DNA from: Bdellovibrionales bacterium
Lineage (GTDB): Bacteria; Bdellovibrionota; Bdellovibrionia; Bdellovibrionales; UBA1609
NCBI GenBank assembly: GCA_965203095.1
Contig: OZ241877.1
Coordinates: 64,001-128,000 of the forward strand
Direction: 5' to 3'
Length of the DNA stretch: 64,000 bases
Positions within the stretch are counted from its first letter, which is position 1; every line of letters starts with the position of its first letter. A model generated the notes under the pieces. The model saw only the letters and a list, made by a program, of their open reading frames with translations. It had not been told where the DNA came from and did no database searches. The position numbers and the translations under genes were made by a program. Shown here one piece after another: positions 19,364 through 29,223 of this stretch.

Positions 19364-19841
19364 AGGTAAATATAAATCTCTATTCTACAGAAACGGCAAT
19401 CCCTGGGCCAGAAGTTTAAAGGAATATAATATTTATATTCATAAAGAAAAAAACAAAACTCAATATATCCAGTTAAGAGGTTTTAAGCCTCATAGTTTTA
19501 GCCAAAACATAAAATCATCTATTAAAAAAGAGATCTTAACAAAACCCTGTGTTGTATTAAATACTACACATAATCTTGAATGCGATCATAAAGACGGCTT
19601 TAAAGAGTTTGATATATTACCAGAAAATCAAACTCAAGATTTATTCCAGCCAATGCATAAGTCTGTTAATTCTGCTAAAAGAGAGCATTGTAAAAAATGT
19701 AGGAAAACTAAAATCCGATTTGACGCTAAAAAGCTTGGTTATAAAAAATCTCAATGGAAGGGAAAAAGCAGATATGAAGGAAGTTGTGAAGGTTGTTATT
19801 GGCATGACCCCTTCCGTTTTAACAGGGAGTCAAGTATATAA
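19248..19841 (+). CDS. IceA1/NlaIII-like HNH restriction endonuclease (start uncertain)
   Basis: LFLELAKPDKTG, F.GKY..L...NG..W.R, ECDHKDG, KRE.CKKC....RFDA, CEGCYW.DP. Confidence 0.8.
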   Translation: MLKKQEKELKKLTKKALFLELAKPDKTGLSKKVYIKEFKGKYKSLFYRNGNPWARSLKEYNIYIHKEKNKTQYIQLRGFKPHSFSQNIKSSIKKEILTKPCVVLNTTHNLECDHKDGFKEFDILPENQTQDLFQPMHKSVNSAKREHCKKCRKTKIRFDAKKLGYKKSQWKGKSRYEGSCEGCYWHDPFRFNRESSI

Positions 19842-19868
19842 TTCCCAAACTTCTCAATTGTGATCAGT

Positions 19869-20561
19869 TTAAGAGATTATGTTGGGATGAGGAAGAGATC
19901 TTAACTTGTTAAAAAAAGCAAAAGCTTTATCACACCATTTTAAAAAAAGTTCTTTCCGGCAAAGCTTTATTCCCGGATAAAATGAGAGTTTGTCATGCTT
20001 CCGGCCGGCCTCCCCACAACTTTTAATGGCAGAAAACAAACTCAAATCATTTTCCACATTAATAGACAAACCCTGCTGGCTCAGCCCTTCAGAAATATGG
20101 ATCCCAAAAAAACAAATTTTCCCCCTGGCTGTCCAAAGGCCCGCCCGATCCCCCTGTTTTACTACCTGCACATTAAGGCTCTTAAAAAAATCTATACTGA
20201 TCTCCTCTAAAGAGGAAATAAAATCCTTAACCCTCAAACCAAAAAAAGGGAGATGAATAACAGGATAAATCACCAACTGCCCCGGAGAATGCAAAGTGGC
20301 CCCCCCTCCCCTTTTGACCTCACAGCAAGAAAGCCCTTTTTCCTTTAAGCGACTTTTAGGCCAAAGAATATGCTCTGCCCCGGACTTCAGCCCTAAACTG
20401 ACCACCGCCTTAGAGCTTTCAAAACCAAAAAAACAAAACTTTGATTTTTTTGCAGATTTTTTTAATTCCTTTTGCAGGAAAAGGCTTTTTTCAAAAGGCA
20501 AAATTCCGGCCCAATGGCAGGAAAGCTCTCCCTTATCCCTATTTCCTACATTATTACTCAC
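19869..20561 (-). CDS. lipB: Lipoyl(octanoyl) transferase
   Basis: RGGGATLHSPGQLVIYPVI, KICFFGI, GLSINV..DL. Confidence 0.88.
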   Translation of the reverse strand: MSNNVGNRDKGELSCHWAGILPFEKSLFLQKELKKSAKKSKFCFFGFESSKAVVSLGLKSGAEHILWPKSRLKEKGLSCCEVKRGGGATLHSPGQLVIYPVIHLPFFGLRVKDFISSLEEISIDFFKSLNVQVVKQGDRAGLWTARGKICFFGIHISEGLSQQGLSINVENDLSLFSAIKSCGEAGRKHDKLSFYPGIKLCRKELFLKWCDKAFAFFNKLRSLPHPNIIS

Positions 20562-21748
20562 AGTGTTTTAGCGTAAATCTCCATTTTCCGCTTTTTAAAA
20601 CCTTTAACTTGAATGGCAAAACCAGGCAAACGAGCCTTTTTTAACTCTTTAATAATAGAAGTCATGCTTTTTGAAGACTCTGCTAAATAAAGCCAACGAC
20701 CACTACTTAAAAATCTCTCTTCTAAACTTTGTATCCCTGAAATATTTTCCACAAGAGCTTTTTTAAGCCGTTCCGCCTCAGCATAAGTGAGTGCACCTTG
20801 GATACTGATAATCATACGGTTCAATTCCAAAACCCCTTCTTCCTGATAAAAAGCCAGCTGATAACTCAGGCTATTTAAAACATCCTTTGAACGGAGAAGC
20901 AGTTCCTTTACAGGATCCTTCATAAGGGCCGGAGAGAATGGGAATTGCTTTTTCAACTTGAATAAAAACTGACGAGTCTTTATGTTAAAAACATTAAATG
21001 AAAACTGAGTCTGATAAGAGGAAGAAAGCGAACCCTGCCCAATTAAATCAGCTGAAGAACCTGTTTGGATATGGCCTAATAAAATGAGGTCACAATTATA
21101 AAATTCAGATAAAGAGGCAAAATGTTTGGCCCGTGTGACTTTTTTTGGCAAAACAAAGGAGGGAGCACCTTCGTCTATCCTTTGAAAAACAGGATCTAAA
21201 ACATAAAAACCTTGTTTAATTAGCTCTCCACTTAACAACTTGAAAAAAGCTGTGGCCATTTGCTTTAAAAGAGGATCTGCTGTTTCGCTTGATTTTTTTT
21301 TAAACCAAGAATAGCTTTTCTTTTTCTCTTCAAAATAAGAGGAAAAAGAAATAGCAGGAAGTAAGCAAAAAGAACCTTCCGAAGTATAAAATAAATTATG
21401 GTTTAACAAAAGATTTTTTAAATTCTCCCTGGAGACTTGAGCTGTCACAGTAAAGGAAAAAGCCCCATCATCTTGCAAAACCCCAGAGGAGATCTGAACC
21501 GATAGGATATAGCGGTTCCGGCCCTTTATTATATATTTTACAATTTTTTGCTTTTCTTTTTGATATTTGTCTGCCCCCACCATCTCTTTAACAAGCTCCT
21601 GGGATATTTCATCTAAAGCCGATTTTTGTGCCAAAGCCTTGTCATCTGTTTTTAAACTTATCTCCTTTACCAATGTCTCTATTTTTTGTGCAGAGGCTCC
21701 GTTCAACAAAGCACCGGACAAAAATATAAAAAACCATTTTTTAATCAT
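20558..21748 (-). CDS. Hypothetical exported protein
   Basis: Long ORF; signal peptide MIKKWFFIFLSGALLNGASA from the ATG at 21748. Confidence 0.7.
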   Translation of the reverse strand: MIKKWFFIFLSGALLNGASAQKIETLVKEISLKTDDKALAQKSALDEISQELVKEMVGADKYQKEKQKIVKYIIKGRNRYILSVQISSGVLQDDGAFSFTVTAQVSRENLKNLLLNHNLFYTSEGSFCLLPAISFSSYFEEKKKSYSWFKKKSSETADPLLKQMATAFFKLLSGELIKQGFYVLDPVFQRIDEGAPSFVLPKKVTRAKHFASLSEFYNCDLILLGHIQTGSSADLIGQGSLSSSYQTQFSFNVFNIKTRQFLFKLKKQFPFSPALMKDPVKELLLRSKDVLNSLSYQLAFYQEEGVLELNRMIISIQGALTYAEAERLKKALVENISGIQSLEERFLSSGRWLYLAESSKSMTSIIKELKKARLPGFAIQVKGFKKRKMEIYAKTL

Positions 21749-21764
21749 AACATCCCTCTTTTTT

Positions 21765-24700
21765 TTAAGACCTGTATAACACAATAGGTTCTGTTGTTTT
21801 AAAAATTTTTCGTGCCTTTTGCAAAAAACCATGTGTGATCTTTATACCATGCCATTTCCCCTGAGTGTCAATTTCCACAAAAGCTTTTTTTTCTGGAATA
21901 TATGTTTTAAGGCCAATACAAGAGGGGCCGGAAGGGCTGGAGGAAAGCAACTCCTTTAACTCCGAAAGGCTTTGTTTGCTCATATCTGGAGAGAGCTCAA
22001 ACTCAATTTTTTGAACCTGCTTTAATAAGTCATCTAAAAAACTCAACTCCTCCACAACTAACTGAGGGGTCCGCCCTCTGTCTTTTTTTAAAGAACCAGT
22101 AAGACAAAAAACTTCCCCTTCCTGAAGAAGCTTTTCCTTAGCCTTCCCATACACTTCGGGAAATAAAATGGCCTCCATAGAGCCGGCCCCATCCTCTAAA
22201 ATAGCAAATGCCATGAGTTGGGACTTTTTTTTAGTCACTATTTCCCTAATGTGAGAGATCAAAGCCAAAGTTTTCACAGTTTGAGAGGCCAAACCTCTCC
22301 GTTTGAGATGAGAGACTGTTTGACAACCTAAAGACAATTCCAAACCCTCCAAAGCCTTAGTGGGATGGTCATTTAAGTAAAAACCAAAAGATTCCTTTTC
22401 ATAAGCTAACCTTTCTTTCCGGGACCAAGGTTCTGTTTTTAAAATCTGAACATGGGCTGATTTTTCAGAATGAGAATCAAAAAGGCTTTGTTGACCGGAC
22501 ATTTGATCTTCCTTTTGCTTTAAGCCATAATGGCTGAATTTTTCTATATTTTCAAAAATTTCCCTCCGTTTATAGCCAAAACCATCTAAAGCACCGGATT
22601 TGATTAAGCCCTCTAAAGTTTTTTTATTGACTTTTTTTAAATCTACAAGCTCAAAAAACTCCTCTAACCGAGAAAACTTTTTGCCCTTTAACTGCTCTCT
22701 CGCTCGCACAATCTCTTTAGCCGCTGAAAGGCCCACACCTTTAATAGCTCCAAGTGAAAAATAAATTTTTCCCTCCTTTATCACGAAACGAAAAGAGGAA
22801 CTATTGACATGAGGGGAAAGGGGGCTTGTGCCATGCTCTCTGGCATCCCGAATGTAGGGTAGCAGTTTATCCGAATCGTTTTGCTCGACAGTCATTTGTG
22901 AGGCTAAAAATTCTACCGTATAATATCGTTTCAACCAAGCGGTTTGTGCGGCCAAAACACAGTAAGCCGCCGCATGGGATTTGTTAAATCCGTATTTAGC
23001 AAACTCCGCCATCAAGTCAAAAAGCTCTTCTGATTTTTTTAAAGGCTGTCCCTTTTTTGTTGCCCCTTCTAAAAACCGATTTTTTTGCTTTTTCATAACC
23101 GACTGAATCTTCTTTCCCATAGCTCGCCTCAAAACATCTGCTTCGCCATAGCTATAGCCGGCAATTTCCACAGCAATTTGCTGGACTTGCTCTTGATAAA
23201 CAATAATTCCGTAAGTCTCTTTTAAAATAGGCTCTAATTGGGGGAACATATATTCCACAGGCACACGGGCTTTTTTACGATCCAAATAAGAGGAGATCAT
23301 ACTCATCGGCCCTGGGCGATAAAGGGCGTTTATGGCCACAATATCCTCAAAACAAGTGGGCTGGGATTTAATTAAAAGATCGGTAATGCCAGCACCTTCA
23401 AACTGAAAGATCCCCACTGTGTCCCCACGGGACATAATCTCATAAATGCCACTGTCCTTTAAAGAAATTTGCCCTGTTGTGATCCTCTTCCCATGATTTT
23501 CCTCAATCAAACGAAAAGTCTCCGCCATAATAGTCAAAGTTTTTAAGCCCAAAAAATCAAACTTCACTAAGCCAATTTTTTCAGCCTGTTTCAGATCGTA
23601 TTGGATAACATTTTCGCCATCGGCTCCTCGGCAAAGGGGGGCATAACTAACAATGGGAGTATCCGCTATAATAATGCCTGCGGCATGCAGTCCAACATGA
23701 CGAACCAAGCCCTCAAGCAAAGCCGTAAGTTGGATCCATTCGGCAACTTTAGGATCTTCGTCCGCCATCTTCTTTAAACGAGGCTCTTTTTTTAAAGCCT
23801 CCTTTAAAGTGATCCCCAAAATGTCCGGTATGAGTTTGCTCACCTGATCCACTTCGCTATAATTTAAAGCCAACACACGACCCACATCACGAAGGGCCGC
23901 CCGGACACTTAACCTCCCATAAGTAATAACATGAGCACTGCATTCCGATCCGTATTTTTTAGTAATGTAATCAATCACTCTTTGCCGATTTTCCTGACAG
24001 AAATCAATATCAAAATCCGGCATGCTGATTCTTTCAGGATTTAAAAATCTTTCAAAAATCAAATTTAAGGGCATAGGATCTAAGTCTGTAATGCCCAAAC
24101 AAAAAGACACTAAAGAGCTGGCTCCAGATCCTCTTCCCGGCCCCACAGGGATCCCATTTTTTTTGGCCCAACTAATAAAATCATAAACAATATAAAAATA
24201 ACCCTTAAAGCCCATTCTTTCTATAATTTCCAACTCATAATTGAGCCTTTTAAGATATTTTGACTTTTTCTCCGAAGTCCAAACCTCTCCTCGTGTGTGA
24301 GCTTCTTTCATTCGATTTTCCAAACCCTTTATGGCCAGATCTTTTAAATTCTTTTCGCCATCAATTAACTGAGGCAAATGATAAATGGGGCGAGCCTTAT
24401 CATCCTTGACTTTAAAACGGACATGGCACTGTTCAGCTATTTCCAAAGTGTTATCGCAAGCCTTTTGGTAAAAGCCGGAAATAGCGGGATTATTTTTAAA
24501 CATGCCTCTCATTTCATCCGGGCTTTTAACATAAAAAACCGCTGGGCCTAACCGGGGCCGATCTTTATCAGACAAAGTTCTATTAGCACCAATGCAAAAT
24601 AAAATGTCTTGCACTAAGGAGTCTTTTTTCTCTATATAGTGGACATCCCCCCCGGCAACTAAAGGCAAATTTTCGCGATGACCTACTTCCGCTAAAAAAA

Positions 24701-25274
24701 CATTGTAAGCCTCACAAGCCTTAAGCCCTACAGGAGCCAACTGGAGATAGAGGTTGGAACCAAAAAGGCTTTTTAATTTTTTAATCTCTTGAATGGCAAA
24801 GTCAGGACCTTTATTGTGAAATAAATAGGGCACAAAGCCACGGCTGGCCCCAGTTAAAGCTATAAGCCCCTCTTTACACTTCTCTAAAAGAGCCAGGTCG
24901 GCTCGCGGAACAAAATAAAAGCCTTTTTGATGAGCTGATGTATTGATACGACAAAGGTTTTTATAACCTTCTAAATTTTTAGATAAAAGAACAATAGTGT
25001 TATATTTAATGGGGTGACGAAAGCTTGCACCTGTCCATTTTTTTTCCTTTTTTTTATAATCCTCCACATAATACATTTCACAAGCTAAGATAGGATTGAT
25101 GCCCTTGGACAAGGCGGAAAAATAAAACTCCAAAGCACCAAACATGTTGCCATAGTCTGTTAAGGCCATGGCCGGCATTTTAAACTCTAAACACTTGTCT
25201 ATGAGGGCGGGCACTGTGCATGCCGCATTCAAAAGGGAATAATGGGAATGAACATGAAGATGGACAAAAGACAT
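21765..25274 (-). CDS. dnaE: DNA polymerase III alpha subunit
   Basis: FVHLHVHSHYSLL PHP domain, GPGRGSGA, FERFLNPERISMPDFDIDF, FNKSHAAAY. Confidence 0.98.
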   Translation of the reverse strand: MSFVHLHVHSHYSLLNAACTVPALIDKCLEFKMPAMALTDYGNMFGALEFYFSALSKGINPILACEMYYVEDYKKKEKKWTGASFRHPIKYNTIVLLSKNLEGYKNLCRINTSAHQKGFYFVPRADLALLEKCKEGLIALTGASRGFVPYLFHNKGPDFAIQEIKKLKSLFGSNLYLQLAPVGLKACEAYNVFLAEVGHRENLPLVAGGDVHYIEKKDSLVQDILFCIGANRTLSDKDRPRLGPAVFYVKSPDEMRGMFKNNPAISGFYQKACDNTLEIAEQCHVRFKVKDDKARPIYHLPQLIDGEKNLKDLAIKGLENRMKEAHTRGEVWTSEKKSKYLKRLNYELEIIERMGFKGYFYIVYDFISWAKKNGIPVGPGRGSGASSLVSFCLGITDLDPMPLNLIFERFLNPERISMPDFDIDFCQENRQRVIDYITKKYGSECSAHVITYGRLSVRAALRDVGRVLALNYSEVDQVSKLIPDILGITLKEALKKEPRLKKMADEDPKVAEWIQLTALLEGLVRHVGLHAAGIIIADTPIVSYAPLCRGADGENVIQYDLKQAEKIGLVKFDFLGLKTLTIMAETFRLIEENHGKRITTGQISLKDSGIYEIMSRGDTVGIFQFEGAGITDLLIKSQPTCFEDIVAINALYRPGPMSMISSYLDRKKARVPVEYMFPQLEPILKETYGIIVYQEQVQQIAVEIAGYSYGEADVLRRAMGKKIQSVMKKQKNRFLEGATKKGQPLKKSEELFDLMAEFAKYGFNKSHAAAYCVLAAQTAWLKRYYTVEFLASQMTVEQNDSDKLLPYIRDAREHGTSPLSPHVNSSSFRFVIKEGKIYFSLGAIKGVGLSAAKEIVRAREQLKGKKFSRLEEFFELVDLKKVNKKTLEGLIKSGALDGFGYKRREIFENIEKFSHYGLKQKEDQMSGQQSLFDSHSEKSAHVQILKTEPWSRKERLAYEKESFGFYLNDHPTKALEGLELSLGCQTVSHLKRRGLASQTVKTLALISHIREIVTKKKSQLMAFAILEDGAGSMEAILFPEVYGKAKEKLLQEGEVFCLTGSLKKDRGRTPQLVVEELSFLDDLLKQVQKIEFELSPDMSKQSLSELKELLSSSPSGPSCIGLKTYIPEKKAFVEIDTQGKWHGIKITHGFLQKARKIFKTTEPIVLYRS

Positions 25275-25407
25275 AAAATTTTAGGAGATAGACTCCCAAT
25301 ATTCAGTATAAAAAAATAAGTTGAGGGTTCTGTTTGTATGTTTTATCACCCTTAAATCTAATATCTCAACCTGCGAACCCCACCAACTGCTCATAGATAA
25401 GGAGGGA

Positions 25408-26028
25408 CTAAGCCTTCCTGGCGGCATAATACTCTGTAAAAAGCCCGACATTAAAGGCAAAAGGGATATGCTCTGGTCCGGGAGAGGATTGCAGAATGCC
25501 AATGATTTTCCCCTGTTTTTCCTCTTTTCTTAAGTAGTCTGGCAGATCCAAGCGAGGGCGACTTAAACCCTGCAAAACAATTTGATTTTTTAAAGATTTC
25601 TCTTTGAGAGATATCTCCTGGTTTTCCTTCACGACAATGGAGGGAATGTTGGCCTTTTTTCCTGAAAGGAGGATATGACCATGGCCCACCAACTGCCGGG
25701 CCGCGGGAATGCTGGTAGCAAAACCTAAGCGAAACACCACATTGTCCAGCCGGCTTTCTAAAAGGCAAATCAGTTTGTTGACCCAATGGCTGGATCGGCC
25801 CTGCTTGGCATTCCTGATAAATCGCCTCAACTGCCTTTCTTTTAAAACATAATGATAGCGAAGCTTTTGCTTCTCCTCTAAACGGAGGGCATAATCGGAA
25901 TACTTCTTCCTCTTATTCCCGCTCTCCCCTGGAGGGTAAGGTCGCCTTTCTAAGGCACCGCTTTTCCCTAATCCGGCCAACTCCAGGCCCAATCGCCTTT
26001 GTGTTTTGAATCGAGCTTTTCGCAACAT
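25408..26028 (-). CDS. rpsD: 30S ribosomal protein S4
   Basis: YPPG, SDY..RL.EKQKL, LESRLDNVVFRLGFA, ARQLVGHGHI. Confidence 0.97.
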   Translation of the reverse strand: MLRKARFKTQRRLGLELAGLGKSGALERRPYPPGESGNKRKKYSDYALRLEEKQKLRYHYVLKERQLRRFIRNAKQGRSSHWVNKLICLLESRLDNVVFRLGFATSIPAARQLVGHGHILLSGKKANIPSIVVKENQEISLKEKSLKNQIVLQGLSRPRLDLPDYLRKEEKQGKIIGILQSSPGPEHIPFAFNVGLFTEYYAARKA

Positions 26029-26138
26029 AATTTACCCCTTGCCTATACTTTTGCGGAAGGCTGATTTTAAGATCTCCGCAAATAAAACCTGCCTCTGTAT
26101 AATGTCTGTTGGCTCACCTGTCCAGTTTTTTTGTTTTT

Positions 26139-26211
26139 TATATTGATTTTGTTTGAAAATTTCTACCTTTTCTGCTCTTTTTTGACCGGAAAATTCCACT
26201 GTATCAGTATA
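26139..26211. mobile_element. MITE-like repeat family 2
   Basis: TATATTGATTTTGTTTGAAAATT...GTATCAGTATA. Confidence 0.7.
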
Positions 26212-26239
26212 AATTACCCTTGAAACTGAAGTTCGCAGG

Positions 26240-28042
26240 TTAATTTTCAGATTTCATAAAGGCCATAAAAGCTTTTTGCGGGACCTCCACTCGCCCAATG
26301 GACTTCATTTTTCTTTTACCGGCTTTTTGTTTTTCCAGCAGTTTCTTTTTCCGAGTCACATCTCCGCCATAGAGCTTGGCCGTCACATCTTTTCGGTAAG
26401 CTCCTAAAGTTTCTCTGGCAATAATTTTTGATCCCACAGCGGTCTGGATAGCCACCTGAAATTGCTGACGAGGTATCAACTCCTTTAGTCGCTTAACCAT
26501 GATCCGCCCTCGCCCTTGTGTTTGTGAACGGTGGATAATTACAGATAAGCTATCCACGGCCTCCCCATTCAACAAAACATCCATTTTTACTAAATCTCCC
26601 GGCTCATAACCTGCTAACTCATAATCCATGGAGGCATAACCCTTAGACAAAGATTTTAAACGATCATGAAAATCCAAAATTATTTCACTTAAAGGGATTT
26701 TATATTTCAATATTACTCTGTGACTGGATATGTATTCCAAACCCTCTTGTTGCCCTCTCTTGCTTTCGCAAAGTTTAAGAAGATGACCAATGCAAAATGT
26801 TGGGGAATGAATTTGCAGGATAGCCACAGGCTCCTCTATACAGGCTATTTTTGTAGGATCAGGAAGTAGAGCTGGATTTTCCACATTTAAAATTTCAGCC
26901 TTTTTTTTAAGATGAACCTTGTAAATCACACTGGGTGCTGTGGCAATGAGATCTAACTCAAACTCTCTTTCCAACCTCTCTCGCACGATTTCCTGATGGA
27001 GCCATCCCAAAAAACCACAACGAAAACCAAAGCCTAAAGCCCTTGAGGACTCCATCTCATAACTCAAACTGGAGTCATTAAGAGAAAGTTTTTCCAAAGC
27101 TTTTTTTAGATGTTCAAAACCATCCGTATGAATGGGAAAAATCCCGGAATAAACCATAGGCTGAATCTTTTTAAAACCCTTTAAAGGAGGGACATCCTTG
27201 GAGTTTTTATGGACAATGCTATCCCCCACTCTCATATCTGCAATTTTTTTAATGCCTGTAATTACAAAACCGACCTCTCCGGCCCTCAACTCAGCCAACT
27301 CGGAGACAAAAGGGGTGAACACCCCCAACTTTAAAACCTCACACTCCCTGTTAGAACCTTTTAAACAGATGGAATCCCCTTTTTTGATAATCCCCTGTTT
27401 CACACAGCAAAGGGCCACAACCCCCTGGTAACTATCAAACCAAGAATCAAAAACCAAAGCTTGTAAAGGCTGGAAAGAATCTCCTGATGGGGGAGGAATT
27501 TTTTGTGCCACTGCCTCTAAAATCTCTTGAATGCCTTTTTTCTCCCTGGCACTGGCTAAAAGAATACTTTCTTCTTTTAAACCTATAAGATCTGTGATCT
27601 GCCTTTTAACTTCATCCACTCTTTGAGTGGGCAAATCAATTTTATTGATTACAGGGATAAGCTCTAAATTGTTTTCCAAAGCTAAAGCAGAATGAGCTAA
27701 AGTTTGTGCTTCCACACCTTGACTGGCATCCACTACCAAAAGGGCCCCCTCACAAGCAGAAAGAGAGCGGGAAACCTCGTAAGAAAAATCCACATGTCCC
27801 GGAGTGTCAATCAGATGAAATTGATAGATCTGGCCGTCTTTACTTTGAAAATTCAGCCTCACAGTTTGAGCTTTAATGGTGATCCCCCGTTCCCTTTCTA
27901 AATCCATCTGATCCAAAAAGCGATCCTTCCTACTTCGCTCGTCTAAGGCATGGGTCAGCTCCAAAAAACAGTCGGCTAAGCTGGACTTACCATGGTCAAT
28001 ATGAGCTATGATGGAAAAATTCCTAATTCGATCTAAAGGCAT
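26240..28042 (-). CDS. lepA: Translation elongation factor 4
   Basis: IRNFSIIAHIDHGKS, DTPGHVDFSYEVSRSL, RKDVTAKLYGGD. Confidence 0.98.
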   Translation of the reverse strand: MPLDRIRNFSIIAHIDHGKSSLADCFLELTHALDERSRKDRFLDQMDLERERGITIKAQTVRLNFQSKDGQIYQFHLIDTPGHVDFSYEVSRSLSACEGALLVVDASQGVEAQTLAHSALALENNLELIPVINKIDLPTQRVDEVKRQITDLIGLKEESILLASAREKKGIQEILEAVAQKIPPPSGDSFQPLQALVFDSWFDSYQGVVALCCVKQGIIKKGDSICLKGSNRECEVLKLGVFTPFVSELAELRAGEVGFVITGIKKIADMRVGDSIVHKNSKDVPPLKGFKKIQPMVYSGIFPIHTDGFEHLKKALEKLSLNDSSLSYEMESSRALGFGFRCGFLGWLHQEIVRERLEREFELDLIATAPSVIYKVHLKKKAEILNVENPALLPDPTKIACIEEPVAILQIHSPTFCIGHLLKLCESKRGQQEGLEYISSHRVILKYKIPLSEIILDFHDRLKSLSKGYASMDYELAGYEPGDLVKMDVLLNGEAVDSLSVIIHRSQTQGRGRIMVKRLKELIPRQQFQVAIQTAVGSKIIARETLGAYRKDVTAKLYGGDVTRKKKLLEKQKAGKRKMKSIGRVEVPQKAFMAFMKSEN

Positions 28043-28100
28043 AAGTTTTTATAGAAAGTTGAGACAAATACATTAAAAATCCAGGGCAATAAAAGATCAG

Positions 28101-28289
28101 TTAATCCTTTTCATCCTCTAAAGGCAAGGATATTTGGCCAGAAAGTTTTTTATCATATTTTTTTAAAATCAAATCAATACCTTGGCGAATCAACTCAGAG
28201 ATGGGAATCTTTAAGCGATCATTTAGCTCTCTAAGTTGCCTTTGTTGCTTTTCTGTAATATAAATTGTAGTGGCTTGTTTTTTTGCCAT
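28101..28289 (-). CDS. Ribbon-helix-helix domain protein
   Basis: TTIYITEKQ...L..L.....IPISELIRQGIDLIL. Confidence 0.75.
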   Translation of the reverse strand: MAKKQATTIYITEKQQRQLRELNDRLKIPISELIRQGIDLILKKYDKKLSGQISLPLEDEKD

Positions 28290-28306
28290 GTTTTATAATG
28301 TTTTAA

Positions 28307-28383
28307 TGGCACGTCCGAGAGGATTTGAACCCCTAACCCCTGGATCCGAAGTCCAGTGCTCTATCCAGTTGAGCTACGGACGC
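28307..28383 (-). tRNA. tRNA-Arg(UCG)
   Basis: GCGTCCGTAGCTCAACTGGATAGAGC...CTGGA-CT-TCG-GA-TCCAG...GGTTCAAATCC...CCA cloverleaf. Confidence 0.95.
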
Positions 28384-28547
28384 TGATTAAATTTTATATA
28401 CCTCTGAGATGGTTTAAACACTTCCTATCTTATTTAAGCTATTTTGTTGATATATGTCAAGATTTCCTGGCCAGCTTAAAAGAAGAAAACTTTTCATTAA
28501 ACACTTTTTTATAGACAAAAAGCCTTTTTTGTGTTATTTTTATAAAC

Positions 28548-28985
28548 ATGAAGTGGGCCTTTTATTTCTTTCTTATTTCTTTTTTACTGCCGGCCTGCTC
28601 CCATCTGAACACCACATGCAAAGCTATCAACTGGTATGAGTTGGGCCGACAAGATAGTGCGAAAGGTTTAAAAAAAAGCTCTATCTTTGAAAAGAGAAGG
28701 AAGGTTTGCCCTATTTCCCCTAACTCTATTTATGCTAAAGCTTATGACAATGGGTTTTCAGCAGGTTTAAGGGATTATTGTAGTTTTAAAACTGGCTATA
28801 TTTACAGCCTCTCTCAGATGAAAAGGGAGCTTGTTTCCGCCTGCCCGGAAAACTTAAAAATAGAGTTTATCAAAGGCTATGAGATAGGTTCTTACATGAA
28901 AGAGATCCAATCCCTCCAAAATGAAATTCAGGACAAAATTCAACGGGTGGCTAAAAAATTGGTTTCTATGGCAAACAAAAAATAG
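28548..28985 (+). CDS. DUF2799-like lipoprotein
   Basis: Lipobox LPAC; C...NWYELG..D...G; Y..GF..GL..YC. Confidence 0.75.
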   Translation: MKWAFYFFLISFLLPACSHLNTTCKAINWYELGRQDSAKGLKKSSIFEKRRKVCPISPNSIYAKAYDNGFSAGLRDYCSFKTGYIYSLSQMKRELVSACPENLKIEFIKGYEIGSYMKEIQSLQNEIQDKIQRVAKKLVSMANKK

Positions 28986-29032
28986 TTCAGGTTCAAAAAA
29001 TAGGTTCAGGTTGATCTTAAGGGACGACTAAT

Positions 29033-29223
29033 TAGTCGCCTGTGAAAAACCTCTATAATTCACAGGGGATTCTTCAGTTTCTTTGCCCAAAAGCCACAGC
29101 ATTTCGGGACGGCAATACCTTGGACCCTCATGCCGTGGCCTTTGGGCAAAAGTCATTGAAAAGCCTGAGCCTGTAAAAGCAGGGGATGAGAGGGACTTAC
29201 TGAGGTTTTTTCACGGGGGACTA
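29033..29223. mobile_element. Hairpin-MITE family 1, complete copy (core on - strand, 29103-29129)
   Basis: TIRs TAGTCGCCTGTGAAAAACCTC / GAGGTTTTTTCACGGGGGACTA; internal hairpin 29082-29150. Confidence 0.8.

Noticed and set aside
28307..28383. tRNA-Arg as a prophage or island attachment site
   Set aside because: No duplicated tRNA 3' end or integrase found in the window
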